A stretch of 61,423 bases of DNA from a virus (Duplodnaviria > Caudoviricetes): positions 1-61,423 of the IMG/VR virus record IMGVR_UViG_3300043410_001140; one strand, given 5' to 3'. Below are positions 19,773 through 29,500 of the stretch, in pieces. The position numbers and the translations under genes are program-made. The number at the start of each line of letters is the position of its first letter. Position 1 is the first letter of the stretch. The notes under the pieces were generated by a model. That model worked only from the letters and a program-made list of their open reading frames with translations. It did not search any database and had not been told where the DNA came from.

Positions 19773-19926
19773 AGACCGTTATCGGTATACCTGCCAAAAC
19801 CCAGACAAGTTCTACGAAAAAGAATGCCAACATCCAAAGTGCGAGTTCACTCAGATGTGCCCTGAATACCTTGTCGCTCCAATCTTGGAGAAAAAAGTTG
19901 ATCAAACTGCGGAGCAAAAGAAATGA
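19726..19926 (+). CDS. Cys-rich lipoprotein
   Basis: Signal MKKLLLLSLLI, lipobox LTAC, four further Cys. Confidence 0.75.
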   Translation: MKKLLLLSLLILTACEDRYRYTCQNPDKFYEKECQHPKCEFTQMCPEYLVAPILEKKVDQTAEQKK

Positions 19927-20414
19927 ACTGGAGTCTCAAAATACAAACCGTTGAAGAACTTGTCACAGTCATTCAAGTTTTAGCTTGGGCGTTTGTGGTG
20001 TTCGTGGTCATGATGGTCTTTGGAGGCACGGTATTTTCCATGCTGTACTCAGTGATCTTTGTGACTCAGCCAATCAAGTCCATGGCGCCCATTGATCAGG
20101 CGTTTACCAAGATGCTCAATGACATTGTGTTGCTTTTAACCGGCAGTATCACAACGCTTGTGGGTATGTTTGCGATCAACAAAGCAGCCAAAGCAGTAGC
20201 AGAAAAAATTGCTCCGGCAATTCTGGCTCCAACGCCCTGCCCACCTACGCCAACGCCCGCTTCGCCTACAACTGGATTTAACTGGATGGGATTTGTGAAT
20301 CCTGAGCTCGATGAATCATGGACACCCGGCCCGCCCCCGACAACCCCGCCAGAATTCTTGCATCCCGAACGTGAAGAGATTGCGCAAGAACGCGCGCTGA
20401 AAGATGCAGAATGA
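19923..20414 (+). CDS. Two-TM membrane protein, holin candidate
   Basis: Two hydrophobic helices, Pro-rich tail, lies in lysis cluster. Confidence 0.5.
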   Translation: MNWSLKIQTVEELVTVIQVLAWAFVVFVVMMVFGGTVFSMLYSVIFVTQPIKSMAPIDQAFTKMLNDIVLLLTGSITTLVGMFAINKAAKAVAEKIAPAILAPTPCPPTPTPASPTTGFNWMGFVNPELDESWTPGPPPTTPPEFLHPEREEIAQERALKDAE

Positions 20415-20863
20415 ACAAGGCAATCGTTGCTGTGCTGATTGCTGCTGGCCTGTATTTCTATGGCCACCACGTTGGTTGGGCTGAACGAGACGCTGACATG
20501 CAAGCTGAGATTGCTGTCAAAAACGAAGAAGCCCGCAAAGCAGAAAATGCTTTGAAAGACCAGCTCACATCACAATCGTCCAAATTGCAGGAGGCTAACA
20601 ATGCCATTACTCAAAAACAGTCTGCTCTTGATCGCGCTATTCGCTCTGGTAAGTTGCGCCTCCCGTCCGCAGGTTGCGTACAAACCAGTTCAAGTGCCCC
20701 CGCTGCCAACGGAAATCGGGACGAAACGGGAAGCGAATCTGACAGACAGACTCTCGCAGCTATTGCTGCCATCGTCGCCCAAGGCGACAGAAACACAGAA
20801 CAGCTCAACGCCTGTATCTCAGCCTACAACGAAGTAATGGAGAAGATCAATGGTCAACGCTAA
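20411..20863 (+). CDS. Rz-like i-spanin
   Basis: N-terminal TM, coiled coil, QLNACI; contains an embedded lipoprotein gene. Confidence 0.82.
   Translation: MNKAIVAVLIAAGLYFYGHHVGWAERDADMQAEIAVKNEEARKAENALKDQLTSQSSKLQEANNAITQKQSALDRAIRSGKLRLPSAGCVQTSSSAPAANGNRDETGSESDRQTLAAIAAIVAQGDRNTEQLNACISAYNEVMEKINGQR
20601..20837 (+). CDS. Rz1-like o-spanin (embedded in +1 frame)
   Basis: AGGAGG SD; signal peptide, lipobox LVSC, Pro-rich mature part. Confidence 0.8.
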   Translation: MPLLKNSLLLIALFALVSCASRPQVAYKPVQVPPLPTEIGTKREANLTDRLSQLLLPSSPKATETQNSSTPVSQPTTK

Positions 20864-21449
20864 TCAACTGAAACAACTAGGTATTAACCCTGATCTTGCT
20901 CAAGTGTTCAACGACACATTCCAACGCTGGAACATCGACACACCGTTGCGCCAAGCGGCATTTATTGGCCAGTGCGGCCATGAGTGCGGCAACTTCACCA
21001 AGCTGGAAGAAGGTTTGAGCTACGCTGCAGACCGGCTTGTCAAGGTTTGGCCAAAACGGTTCCCCACTTTGGAATCAGCGCAGCCATATGGTAGAAACCC
21101 TCGTGCCTTGGCCAACCGTGTCTATGCTAACCGCATGGGCAACCGTGATGAAGCCTCGGGCGACGGCTGGCGTTTCCGTGGATCGGGCTGGCTGCAATTG
21201 ACTGGTCACGACAACTTTTACCATGCAGGCAAAGCTATTGGTGTTGACTTTGTGATGCAGCCTGACTTGGTGCGCACGCCTCAATATGCAGCTCAAACTG
21301 CTGGCTGGTTTTGGTCTACCCACAACTGCAACGCCAAAGCTGACGCGAGTGACTGGGTTGGTTTGACCAAGGTCATTAATGGCGGCACGCTTGGTCTTGA
21401 CGACCGTATCGTACATACCAACAAAGCATTGGCAGTATTGTCGGCGTAA
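20850..21449 (+). CDS. Endolysin, glycoside hydrolase family 19
   Basis: AAFIGQCGHECG, FRGSGWLQLTG..N, AGWFW and INGG motifs. Confidence 0.92.
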   Translation: MVNANQLKQLGINPDLAQVFNDTFQRWNIDTPLRQAAFIGQCGHECGNFTKLEEGLSYAADRLVKVWPKRFPTLESAQPYGRNPRALANRVYANRMGNRDEASGDGWRFRGSGWLQLTGHDNFYHAGKAIGVDFVMQPDLVRTPQYAAQTAGWFWSTHNCNAKADASDWVGLTKVINGGTLGLDDRIVHTNKALAVLSA

Positions 21450-21457
21450 GCCATAAT
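21429..21457 (+). promoter_or_regulatory. Putative sigma70 promoter
   Basis: TTGGCA-17-CATAAT upstream of 21489. Confidence 0.5.
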
Positions 21458-21488
21458 ATCGCTGTGTTCAACCCCACTGGAGAAAAAA

Positions 21489-21728
21489 ATGGCTTTAAGC
21501 TATGAACAATTTATGTCTGCAACAGGTGCAGATTTGGTCGCTGGCAACATCGTTGTTGGCATCATGAGCGAACGCAAAAAAGTCGGTTCTTTGAGCGACG
21601 AAGGCGTTTTCAACCTGAACGAAGACGGTCTTGCATTGGCTGCTGAAATCGAAGCCGCTGGTGAAAAAGCTCCACGCCGTAAAAAAGCTGAAGCTGCAGA
21701 CCCTGCTGTTGAAGCCGCTGCATCGTAA
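21489..21728 (+). CDS. Hypothetical protein
   Basis: GGAG SD. Confidence 0.75.
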   Translation: MALSYEQFMSATGADLVAGNIVVGIMSERKKVGSLSDEGVFNLNEDGLALAAEIEAAGEKAPRRKKAEAADPAVEAAAS

Positions 21729-21742
21729 TCTAAGGGGGCGAT

Positions 21743-23575
21743 ATGCCAGTTTTGAAGTTAACCAACTTTTCGGGTATCTCGCCCCGTACCGGACCGTCTA
21801 ATCTACAAGACAACCAAGCCCAGACCGCGCGCAACTTAAAGCTCCAGTCTGGCGAAATCCGCGCATGGCGCAATCCCGTTTATACGTACACCACTGGTCT
21901 GCCTGATTCGCAGACTATCTACCAGCTGCAAAACCTATCTACCGGGGCAACCCGTTGGCTTGAGTGGGCGACTGACGTTGATGTTGTCCCAAGCCCCGCA
22001 GCTGACACTACTGATTTCCGTATCTATTACACAGACGGCACAGCGCCCAAAAAGACAAACTGGAACTTGGCCACCACGTCTGGAACCGGTTCAGTCCCCT
22101 ACCCCAATGCATACTTGAACATGGGCGTGCCTGCACCTGCTGCAGCGCCTACTGCTTCGGCTTCTGGTGGTACATCACCCACTGAAACACGCTCGTACAT
22201 TTATACATACGTAAGCACTTTTGGTTCCGTATTAGAAGAATCTGCTCCAAGCGCGGCTGTGTTGGTTACTTGTAACAGTTCAGGCGCCACCGTGACGATT
22301 GGTGGTTTCACCAATGCGCCAACGACAAACTACAACATCACAGCGTTGCGCATCTACCGCAGCGTTTCCGGCACCACGTCGGCTCAATACCAGTATGTTG
22401 GGCAAGTCACAATCAACCCATCGACAGGCGTGCCAACTTCATCGACTTTTGCAGATACTTTGACTGTGGCTCAGCTTGGGATTTCTCTGCCCTCGTTGTA
22501 TTACACGACTCCGCCCAGCGCGCTCAAAGGCTTGATCGCAATGCCTAACGGCATCTTGGCTGGGTTTGTCGGCAACCAAGTCTGGTTCTGTGAGCCCTAT
22601 CTGCCACACGCATGGCCAGTTTCATACATGATGACCGTCGGCGCGCCGATTGTTGGGCTGGGCGTATTTGGTCAGACTTTGGTTGTTTGCACGACCCAAG
22701 TACCTTATCTGATTTCCGGTTCGACCCCCGGTTCCATGACGCAAACCAAGCTGCCATTGCCAGAGCCATGCGTGGCTAAACGGTCAATCGCAAGCGATCA
22801 GTTCGGTGTGTTGTACGCCAGCCCCAACGGTTTGGTTTCAATCGCCCCCGGCACGCAAGACGTTATCAGTCGCCAGTTGTTCACTCGTGACGAGTGGCAA
22901 ACGTATTCGCCTACCTCTATGGTTGGGCTGATTTACCAAAACATGTACCTTGGGTTCTACCAGAACGGTTCGTCAAAGTCCGCCTTGGTCATCATGCGCG
23001 GGGATACGCCGCCTTTGGTTACGCTGGATGTTCCGGCCAAAGCAGTGTTTGTGGCGCGCAACACTTCTAACGTGTACTACGTTTCCACAGCAGACAACGC
23101 GATCTACCAGCTGGATGCAGACACGGTGAACAACACGTTCTTCGAGTGGAAATCCAAGAAATTTATTTCACCCCACCCAGTTAATTTTGGGGCTTTGAAG
23201 CTGCAAGCTGATTGGATTGCGATTGCCAACGTTGCTGCTTACAACGCGATTGTTGCTGGGATCGCCGCTTCGAACAACGCAATTTGGTCTGCTGGTACAC
23301 CGCTGAAAAGCACTCTTGCCAGCGATATGCTGAACGACATGACTCTTGGTGGGAGCATTTTGCAAACCGTGCCTACAGCGCAAGCGGCGTTGAGCGCGCA
23401 AGTTATTTTGTACGCAGAAGGTGTTCCTGTGTACTCGCAAGGTATTACTTCACAAGAACCAATTCGTTTGCCAGCCGACAACAAAGCGTACATCTGGGAA
23501 TTTGGTATCAGCGGAAACGTGCCTGTGCGCGAGTTGGCTGTCGGTACTTCTATTGGTGAGTTGCGTCAAGCATGA
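21743..23575 (+). CDS. Tail nozzle / stabilisation (tubular B-like) protein
   Basis: 610 aa; F.GISPR, EPYLPHAWP, YASPNGLV and WKSK motifs; upstream of ejection genes. Confidence 0.75.
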   Translation: MPVLKLTNFSGISPRTGPSNLQDNQAQTARNLKLQSGEIRAWRNPVYTYTTGLPDSQTIYQLQNLSTGATRWLEWATDVDVVPSPAADTTDFRIYYTDGTAPKKTNWNLATTSGTGSVPYPNAYLNMGVPAPAAAPTASASGGTSPTETRSYIYTYVSTFGSVLEESAPSAAVLVTCNSSGATVTIGGFTNAPTTNYNITALRIYRSVSGTTSAQYQYVGQVTINPSTGVPTSSTFADTLTVAQLGISLPSLYYTTPPSALKGLIAMPNGILAGFVGNQVWFCEPYLPHAWPVSYMMTVGAPIVGLGVFGQTLVVCTTQVPYLISGSTPGSMTQTKLPLPEPCVAKRSIASDQFGVLYASPNGLVSIAPGTQDVISRQLFTRDEWQTYSPTSMVGLIYQNMYLGFYQNGSSKSALVIMRGDTPPLVTLDVPAKAVFVARNTSNVYYVSTADNAIYQLDADTVNNTFFEWKSKKFISPHPVNFGALKLQADWIAIANVAAYNAIVAGIAASNNAIWSAGTPLKSTLASDMLNDMTLGGSILQTVPTAQAALSAQVILYAEGVPVYSQGITSQEPIRLPADNKAYIWEFGISGNVPVRELAVGTSIGELRQA

Positions 23576-23775
23576 AAAAGCCAGCCATTCCAGAAACGTT
23601 CAGTCTGCCGCAAGAAATTGCTCAGATTGTGGAACCTATCAAGACCAACATTGAGTTGATGAATGGAAGCCGACCCGGCTCAGTTGCGTTGACCGCACTA
23701 CCTTCGACTGCAACTTTGTCTGATGTGATTACACAATTGAACGCAATTCTTTCCAGAATCAATCAAAGTGGTTAA
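23572..23775 (+). CDS. Hypothetical virion-associated protein
   Basis: Coupled ORF. Confidence 0.7.
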   Translation: MKKPAIPETFSLPQEIAQIVEPIKTNIELMNGSRPGSVALTALPSTATLSDVITQLNAILSRINQSG

Positions 23776-23784
23776 ACTACGGTT

Positions 23785-24207
23785 ATGAAAACCGTAGTCT
23801 ATGGCCAAGATCAGCGTGTTGCCAAGTGGGTAGGCGCTCGGGTCGATGAACCAAACTTCGGAGATTGTGTAGGTATTGGGCTAGAAGAAAACGGCGAGCT
23901 GATCGCTGGTGTTGTGTACAACATTTTCTCAGGGCCTTCTATTTGCGCACACATTGCTGCGATGCCGGGTAAGCGTTGGATGACCCGAGACTTCTTGTGG
24001 CGAATTCATGCGTATCCATTTTTGCAATTGAAGTGCAATCGGATTACTGCATTGGTACGGCAAGACAATTTGGTGTCTCAGCATTTTGTTGAACACCTCG
24101 GGTTTCGGTATGAGGGCGTGATGCGCCAAGCTTGTACTGATGGACAGAACATGTTTATTTATGGCATGCTCCGCAAGGAATGCCGTTGGCTGGAGATTAA
24201 GCGATGA
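23785..24207 (+). CDS. GNAT-fold acetyltransferase-like protein
   Basis: N..S..F.E.LGF.YEG motif; sits before internal virion genes as in many podoviruses. Confidence 0.8.
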   Translation: MKTVVYGQDQRVAKWVGARVDEPNFGDCVGIGLEENGELIAGVVYNIFSGPSICAHIAAMPGKRWMTRDFLWRIHAYPFLQLKCNRITALVRQDNLVSQHFVEHLGFRYEGVMRQACTDGQNMFIYGMLRKECRWLEIKR

Positions 24208-25127
24208 GCAGATTTCATACACATGAGTGGGATATGTTGCCAGAACGAGCGTTCCAACCGCGCGCTGGTAAGTTTGGCTCCATGACGCTTGAAGGCGGCA
24301 AAGGCAGTAGCTCTGCTCCATCGCCCGACCCGCAGGTTGGCCAAGCGCAAAAACAGCTTGCTCAGTTGTCGCAGGATCAGTGGGACTACTTTACAAAAAA
24401 TGTTGCTCCCCAAATGCTGACTCAAACGCAACAGCAACAAGATAACGCTAACTCCCAAACAGCTATTGCAAATTCCACGCAACAGTTCAATTTGGACCAA
24501 GCCAAGCAAGCATATGCAAACTACCAAGCTGGCGCGTTGCCAGCGATGCAAGCCATCAAGTCTGATGCCGACCAATACAATCAAGCTGGTTACCAAGAGC
24601 AAATGGCTCAACAAGCGTTGGGCGACGTGAACGCTTCTTATGACAACGCGCAAAAGCAACAGCAAATGCAACAGCAAGCCTACGGGATTGATCCAACTTC
24701 TGGTGCATCGGTTGCAAACAACCAATCTCTTGGCGCACAAAAAGCTTTGGCCAGTGCATCTGCCATGACTCAAGTTCGCAATGCAGCTGCTCAACTCGGG
24801 CTGCAAAAACAAGCCAACGTTTACAACATGTACGCTGGTCTGCCTGCACAAGCAAATGCAAATACTCAAATCGGCCTTGCGGCTGGCAACCAAGGATTTA
24901 GCACGGGGCAAGCTGCTTTGGGCAACTACGCTGCTTTGGGTAGCGCAAACAACGCTGCGGCCACTACTGCAATGTCTGGCTGGAACAACGTTGGCAACCT
25001 CGGAGTGGGTGTCACCAATGCCGCTACCAATGCTTGGGGCGCACAGCAACAAGCTAATGCAACTTCTTCAGCTGGCCTTGGCCAATTGTTTGGCACCGGT
25101 ATCGGCGCATACGCAGCCTTAGCATAA
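24204..25127 (+). CDS. Internal virion / ejection protein 1
   Basis: GGKG motif, Q/A/N-rich, YGIDPTSG. Confidence 0.7.
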   Translation: MSRFHTHEWDMLPERAFQPRAGKFGSMTLEGGKGSSSAPSPDPQVGQAQKQLAQLSQDQWDYFTKNVAPQMLTQTQQQQDNANSQTAIANSTQQFNLDQAKQAYANYQAGALPAMQAIKSDADQYNQAGYQEQMAQQALGDVNASYDNAQKQQQMQQQAYGIDPTSGASVANNQSLGAQKALASASAMTQVRNAAAQLGLQKQANVYNMYAGLPAQANANTQIGLAAGNQGFSTGQAALGNYAALGSANNAAATTAMSGWNNVGNLGVGVTNAATNAWGAQQQANATSSAGLGQLFGTGIGAYAALA

Positions 25128-25136
25128 GGAATCATC

Positions 25137-26546
25137 ATGGGATTTAATTTTGGCGCTTTCGCTGGTGGCCTTGCCCAAGGTGGCATGTCTACGTTTAAAA
25201 CATTGAACGACATTGCTGCACAGAAAAAAGAAACGGAGTTGCGCGACGCGCAGCTTCAGGACATGCAAGAAGCCCGTGCAAGCAAAGCGGCTTTGAAACA
25301 GGCTATTGGGGAAATCCCTCAAGGGCAAACTGTTCCAGTTCAGCAATTTGGTACTGGCTCTGGTGGTGTTGATGAAGACCGCCCCATGGTGCAAGAAGCT
25401 ATTCCACAAGCTCAACGCATGGACAATTTCCAACAACGCGCAGTTGCTTTGGGCGCTGACCCCACGGCGGTTCAGCAATACGTGTCTGGGAACTATTCTT
25501 TGAAAGGCGCAAAACGTTCAGAAGAACGCGCGCAAGCTGAAGACGATTTCTCGAATTGGATGCAAGGCGCAGTCACGCAAGTTCAAAAAGACCCTGTTGG
25601 TTTCATCAAAGATCATTTGGCTGAATACAACAAACCAAAACCCGGTGGCCATTTGGACGACAAAATGACGGCTGAAGTTGTTCCCGGCGCGGGCGGGGTG
25701 TATTCGTTTGTTCAAAAGGATGCTAAAGGCAACGTTGTTGCCAGTACTCCAATCACTCCAGACACCGCCATGCAGGGGTTGCAACACATTGCATTCAGCA
25801 AATACCAAGCGCTGCCCGGCAAATTCAAAGAAGCTTCCGAATTGAACCAAGGCGAACGCAAAGCAATCGCCACCGAAACATCTGCTGCTACTGGCGCAAA
25901 AGAGCTTCAAGCCAAAATGGACGCTGGTGTATTCCGAGCTCAAGCAAATCAAGCGAATGCTGCTGCGAATGCTTCTAACGCTCATGCGGCTGTGTTTGGC
26001 AACATGCTACAAGCGGCCAAAGATAACAAAGCAGCTGGCGAGGCGATGAAACCATTCATCGAAAAATTCTCTGCTTTAACCCCAGAACAACAAGCAGGTC
26101 CAGAAGGCCAAGCTATTTTGATGCAAGGTGCTACCGCAGGTGCCAAAGTGTCCAAAGACTTGTCTGGCCTTGTGGCTACCTTACGCAAACCTGACCGTTC
26201 TACTGTGTCACCCGAGCAAGAAAAAGCTGCGTACGCTGCTCTTAACGCCGTTGACCCGAAAAATGCTGATGCAGTAGCTGCGGTTAAAGCTTTGTACCCA
26301 GCTGTGTTTGGCGAAGACCCAACATTGGCCGCGATTCGCAAAGCATACGCAAACAAAACCACAAATACTGGTGCAACTAATAAAGCTGCCACGAATGCAG
26401 CAATTCCTGCTACAGTTGACAAAGATGAAATCCGCGTGCCAGTGGCACCGAGAGCTGTGAACCAAGGTTATGCAGTGCCTAATGGGCAAGCATTGTTGAG
26501 AACACCAAACTACAGCGCGGGCCGCAACACGTTTAATCCTGATTAA
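25137..26546 (+). CDS. Internal virion / ejection protein 2
   Basis: FGAFAGGLAQG N-terminus, Ala-rich helical. Confidence 0.7.
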   Translation: MGFNFGAFAGGLAQGGMSTFKTLNDIAAQKKETELRDAQLQDMQEARASKAALKQAIGEIPQGQTVPVQQFGTGSGGVDEDRPMVQEAIPQAQRMDNFQQRAVALGADPTAVQQYVSGNYSLKGAKRSEERAQAEDDFSNWMQGAVTQVQKDPVGFIKDHLAEYNKPKPGGHLDDKMTAEVVPGAGGVYSFVQKDAKGNVVASTPITPDTAMQGLQHIAFSKYQALPGKFKEASELNQGERKAIATETSAATGAKELQAKMDAGVFRAQANQANAAANASNAHAAVFGNMLQAAKDNKAAGEAMKPFIEKFSALTPEQQAGPEGQAILMQGATAGAKVSKDLSGLVATLRKPDRSTVSPEQEKAAYAALNAVDPKNADAVAAVKALYPAVFGEDPTLAAIRKAYANKTTNTGATNKAATNAAIPATVDKDEIRVPVAPRAVNQGYAVPNGQALLRTPNYSAGRNTFNPD

Positions 26547-26555
26547 AGAACCGCC

Positions 26556-29500
26556 ATGCCAACATTAGCCCAACTTCGGGAAATTGTCCCCGGCTCAGAA
26601 AACATGTCGGATGCACAGCTCATCCAAAACGTAGCTGAAACTGCAAACCTAGACCCTGTAACTGTTGCGCAAAAGTTTGGCTTCAATCATTCTGATAGCG
26701 GGATCACTGGCCAACAGTTTTCATCATCACTTGATCGCTACCAAGCGGGTTTGTATGGAGTTGGTGAAGCTGCTGCGAATGCTGCGGGAGCGACTGGTGT
26801 TGGTGGTTGGCTGTCCGAGCAACGCAAAGAAAACGAACTGCGGGCTGATGTTTCAGCTGCAAAAGCCAAATCACTTGGCGCTGTCGATGAATGGAAAGAC
26901 GTTCACGGCCTGAAAGATTTTGGTAGCTACGCTAAAGGCTTGGCTGTCCAATCTGCTCCATACGCTGCTGAAGCTCTTGCTGGCGGTATGCTGGCTCGTG
27001 GCGCTATGGGCGGTACTCGTGCTGCACTTGCTGCGGCTGAAGCGTCCAACGACGTTAAAGGTATTGCTGACGCCAAACGCGCGCTGGACATTGGCTCTAC
27101 TTTGGGTGGCACTGCTGCCTCATACCCTTCGTCCGTTGGCGACATTCTTGGCAACCAGCGCGAGCAAAATGGTCAAACAAACCTTGGGGCTGCAGCTGCC
27201 TTGGGTGTTCCATATGCTGCGTTGAACGCGCTTGGTGAAACTGGTATGTTGACTCGTGGCCACTTGCCACGTAACCCAATCAGCATGCTGGACAATGTGA
27301 ACGGCCTCAAAGGCATGGCTGCTCGCACGGCTGCTGCTGGCGGTAAAACAGCCCTTGAAGAATCATTGGGCGAAACGGGCCAAGAAGTCGTTAACCAGCT
27401 CGGGCGCATGGCGGTTGACCCCAACGCTACGCTGACAGACCCACAAGCGCTGGAACGCTACAAAGAATCTGCCATTGGCGGCGCGACTCTGGGTGGTTTA
27501 ATGGGCGGTGGCCTTGGTGGCTGGCGCCGTTCGGGTAGCATTTTGCCTGACGCAACCCCCGGTACTCCCGCTCCTGACCAGCCAGTATCGACCAACGATA
27601 TTGCGCAAGCATTCAATGCTAATACTGACACAACTCCTGACGCCATCATCACTGGACTCCTTGGTCGAGCGGCTGATCCTCTTGCTGGGCGCTCTACTTT
27701 GGTTGGCCAAGGTGCATCAGATCAAACCCAAATACCTGCTGTCGCGGGCGGGACAACTGACGTTGCGGTTCAAGCGCAACAAGCACAAGCAGAACAACAG
27801 CAAGTTCAACAAGCCCAGCAACAACAAGTAGCTCGTGAGCAAACTTTCGAGCGTTTGGGCGCTACATACAACCCACAAGGCAACGGTGAGCTCAACATTT
27901 TTGGCCAAGCTGTCCTTGGTCATCAACAAATCAACCAGTTTGGCAACTTAGTCGCTGCTCAAATCTCGCAGTTGCCCGCACAGGCGCACGCCATTACTGA
28001 CGCGATTGTCCAAGCCAACCAAGAAACTGGCGGTAAACTGGTTTCGTTCAAATACAACGGCCAACCAATCTCTGGCGCTAAAGCCTTGATGAATGCGTTC
28101 GCCAAAGTGGCTACCAAGTTTCAGATTGGCCATGTTGCTTCGCCTGAAGAAGCCGCCGCTAACTTGGAAAAACTTTCTACAACCGTTTCTGGTACTCAGC
28201 TTGAGCAGTTGAATGCCATTTACCAAGCCTTAACAGGCAAAGATACATCCGGCTACATTGCCGAACAACAGTCCAAAGCAGCTAAAGAAGGAGCTAAAAA
28301 TGGAACAAAGCAAAACAATGCCGGGATTCGAGAAGTACCAGTCCAAGGCGGAACAACTGAAACAGGCGGAGCAGGAGCTGGGTCTGTACGACCCGCTGAA
28401 GTACAACCCGTCGGAGCAGGAAGTGTCGGAGCGGGATCGCTTGGCCTCCAAGTTGGACAGCCGACAACAAGCGGAGTACGGACAGGAACCAGTCCGAGTG
28501 GAAATTCTGCCGTATCCGAGTCTGGTGGGACGGGGCAAGGGACGGGGCAAGTAAATGAGCAAGCCACCCAAAACGGTGTGGGCGGGGGGCAAGTATCCGG
28601 TCAACCTGAACAAGCCAGCCAAGCCAACGTGGATCAGCAAACTGTTCGAAATGGCCCGCGCGTCTACCCAGTCCCACCCCAATACTACGCAACCGACCTC
28701 AGCCACATCCAAAGCGAACGCCGAGCAGAAATCCTAAATCAGCTCTTTACCACTGCGTTGCGCCCGCTGCAAGAGCGTAGCAATACGGTCTCCGCCGAAG
28801 TTCGTGCTGAAATCATGCGCCTTGCGTTGAATGAGCAATACTCACGAGACGACATTGCTGAGCTCACTGGGCTCAATGTGAAGACTGTTGAAAAGCAGTT
28901 GGAACGCATGCACATCAAACTGGTTAAAGTAAATTCTGAACATTCAGAATACCAAGTGACTGACCCCGCCATTGCCGTGGCCGTGGCCAACGCTGCCCAA
29001 GATTTCCGTTCACCTGAGTTTCCCGATGGGCTTGGCGAAGCAGAACTGACTGCTTTGTACCTCTCGCGCTACGAAGGCGAAGAAACTGGTACGCATGCGC
29101 TGGCAGACGAGCTGCAACAAGAAGGCAAACCAGAAGCCAAACTTGCCGAAGAAATTCATGGCAAAGAAAACGGTGCTGCCAAGTCAATGGGCATCGTGGA
29201 AAAAGGCGGAAGTCAGGGCGCAGTCGAAGCTTTGGCAACAAGCACATTTGATCGCGTGGAAAAACTCCAAGCGCAGTTGGATACACTGCCAGAGAAAGAC
29301 CCACGCCGCGCCAAGCTGGCCAAAGATATCGAAGCCCAATGGGCTGCTTACGCCAAACGCCAAACCAAGTGGGCAACCACTGGCGAAATTGAAGTCACAC
29401 CTACCGAAGAAGGAGAGACCAATGCCGTTCAAGAGCAAAGCGCAAATGAGGGAAATGTTCGCAAACCAGCCCGAGGTGGCAAAAAGGTGGGCGAAGGAAA

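Noticed and set aside
26665-27831. Other +1-frame ORFs in the giant gene (26665, 26920, 27508)
   Set aside because: Leu-rich shadow composition, TTG/GTG starts without SD, and the main frame looks normal there.
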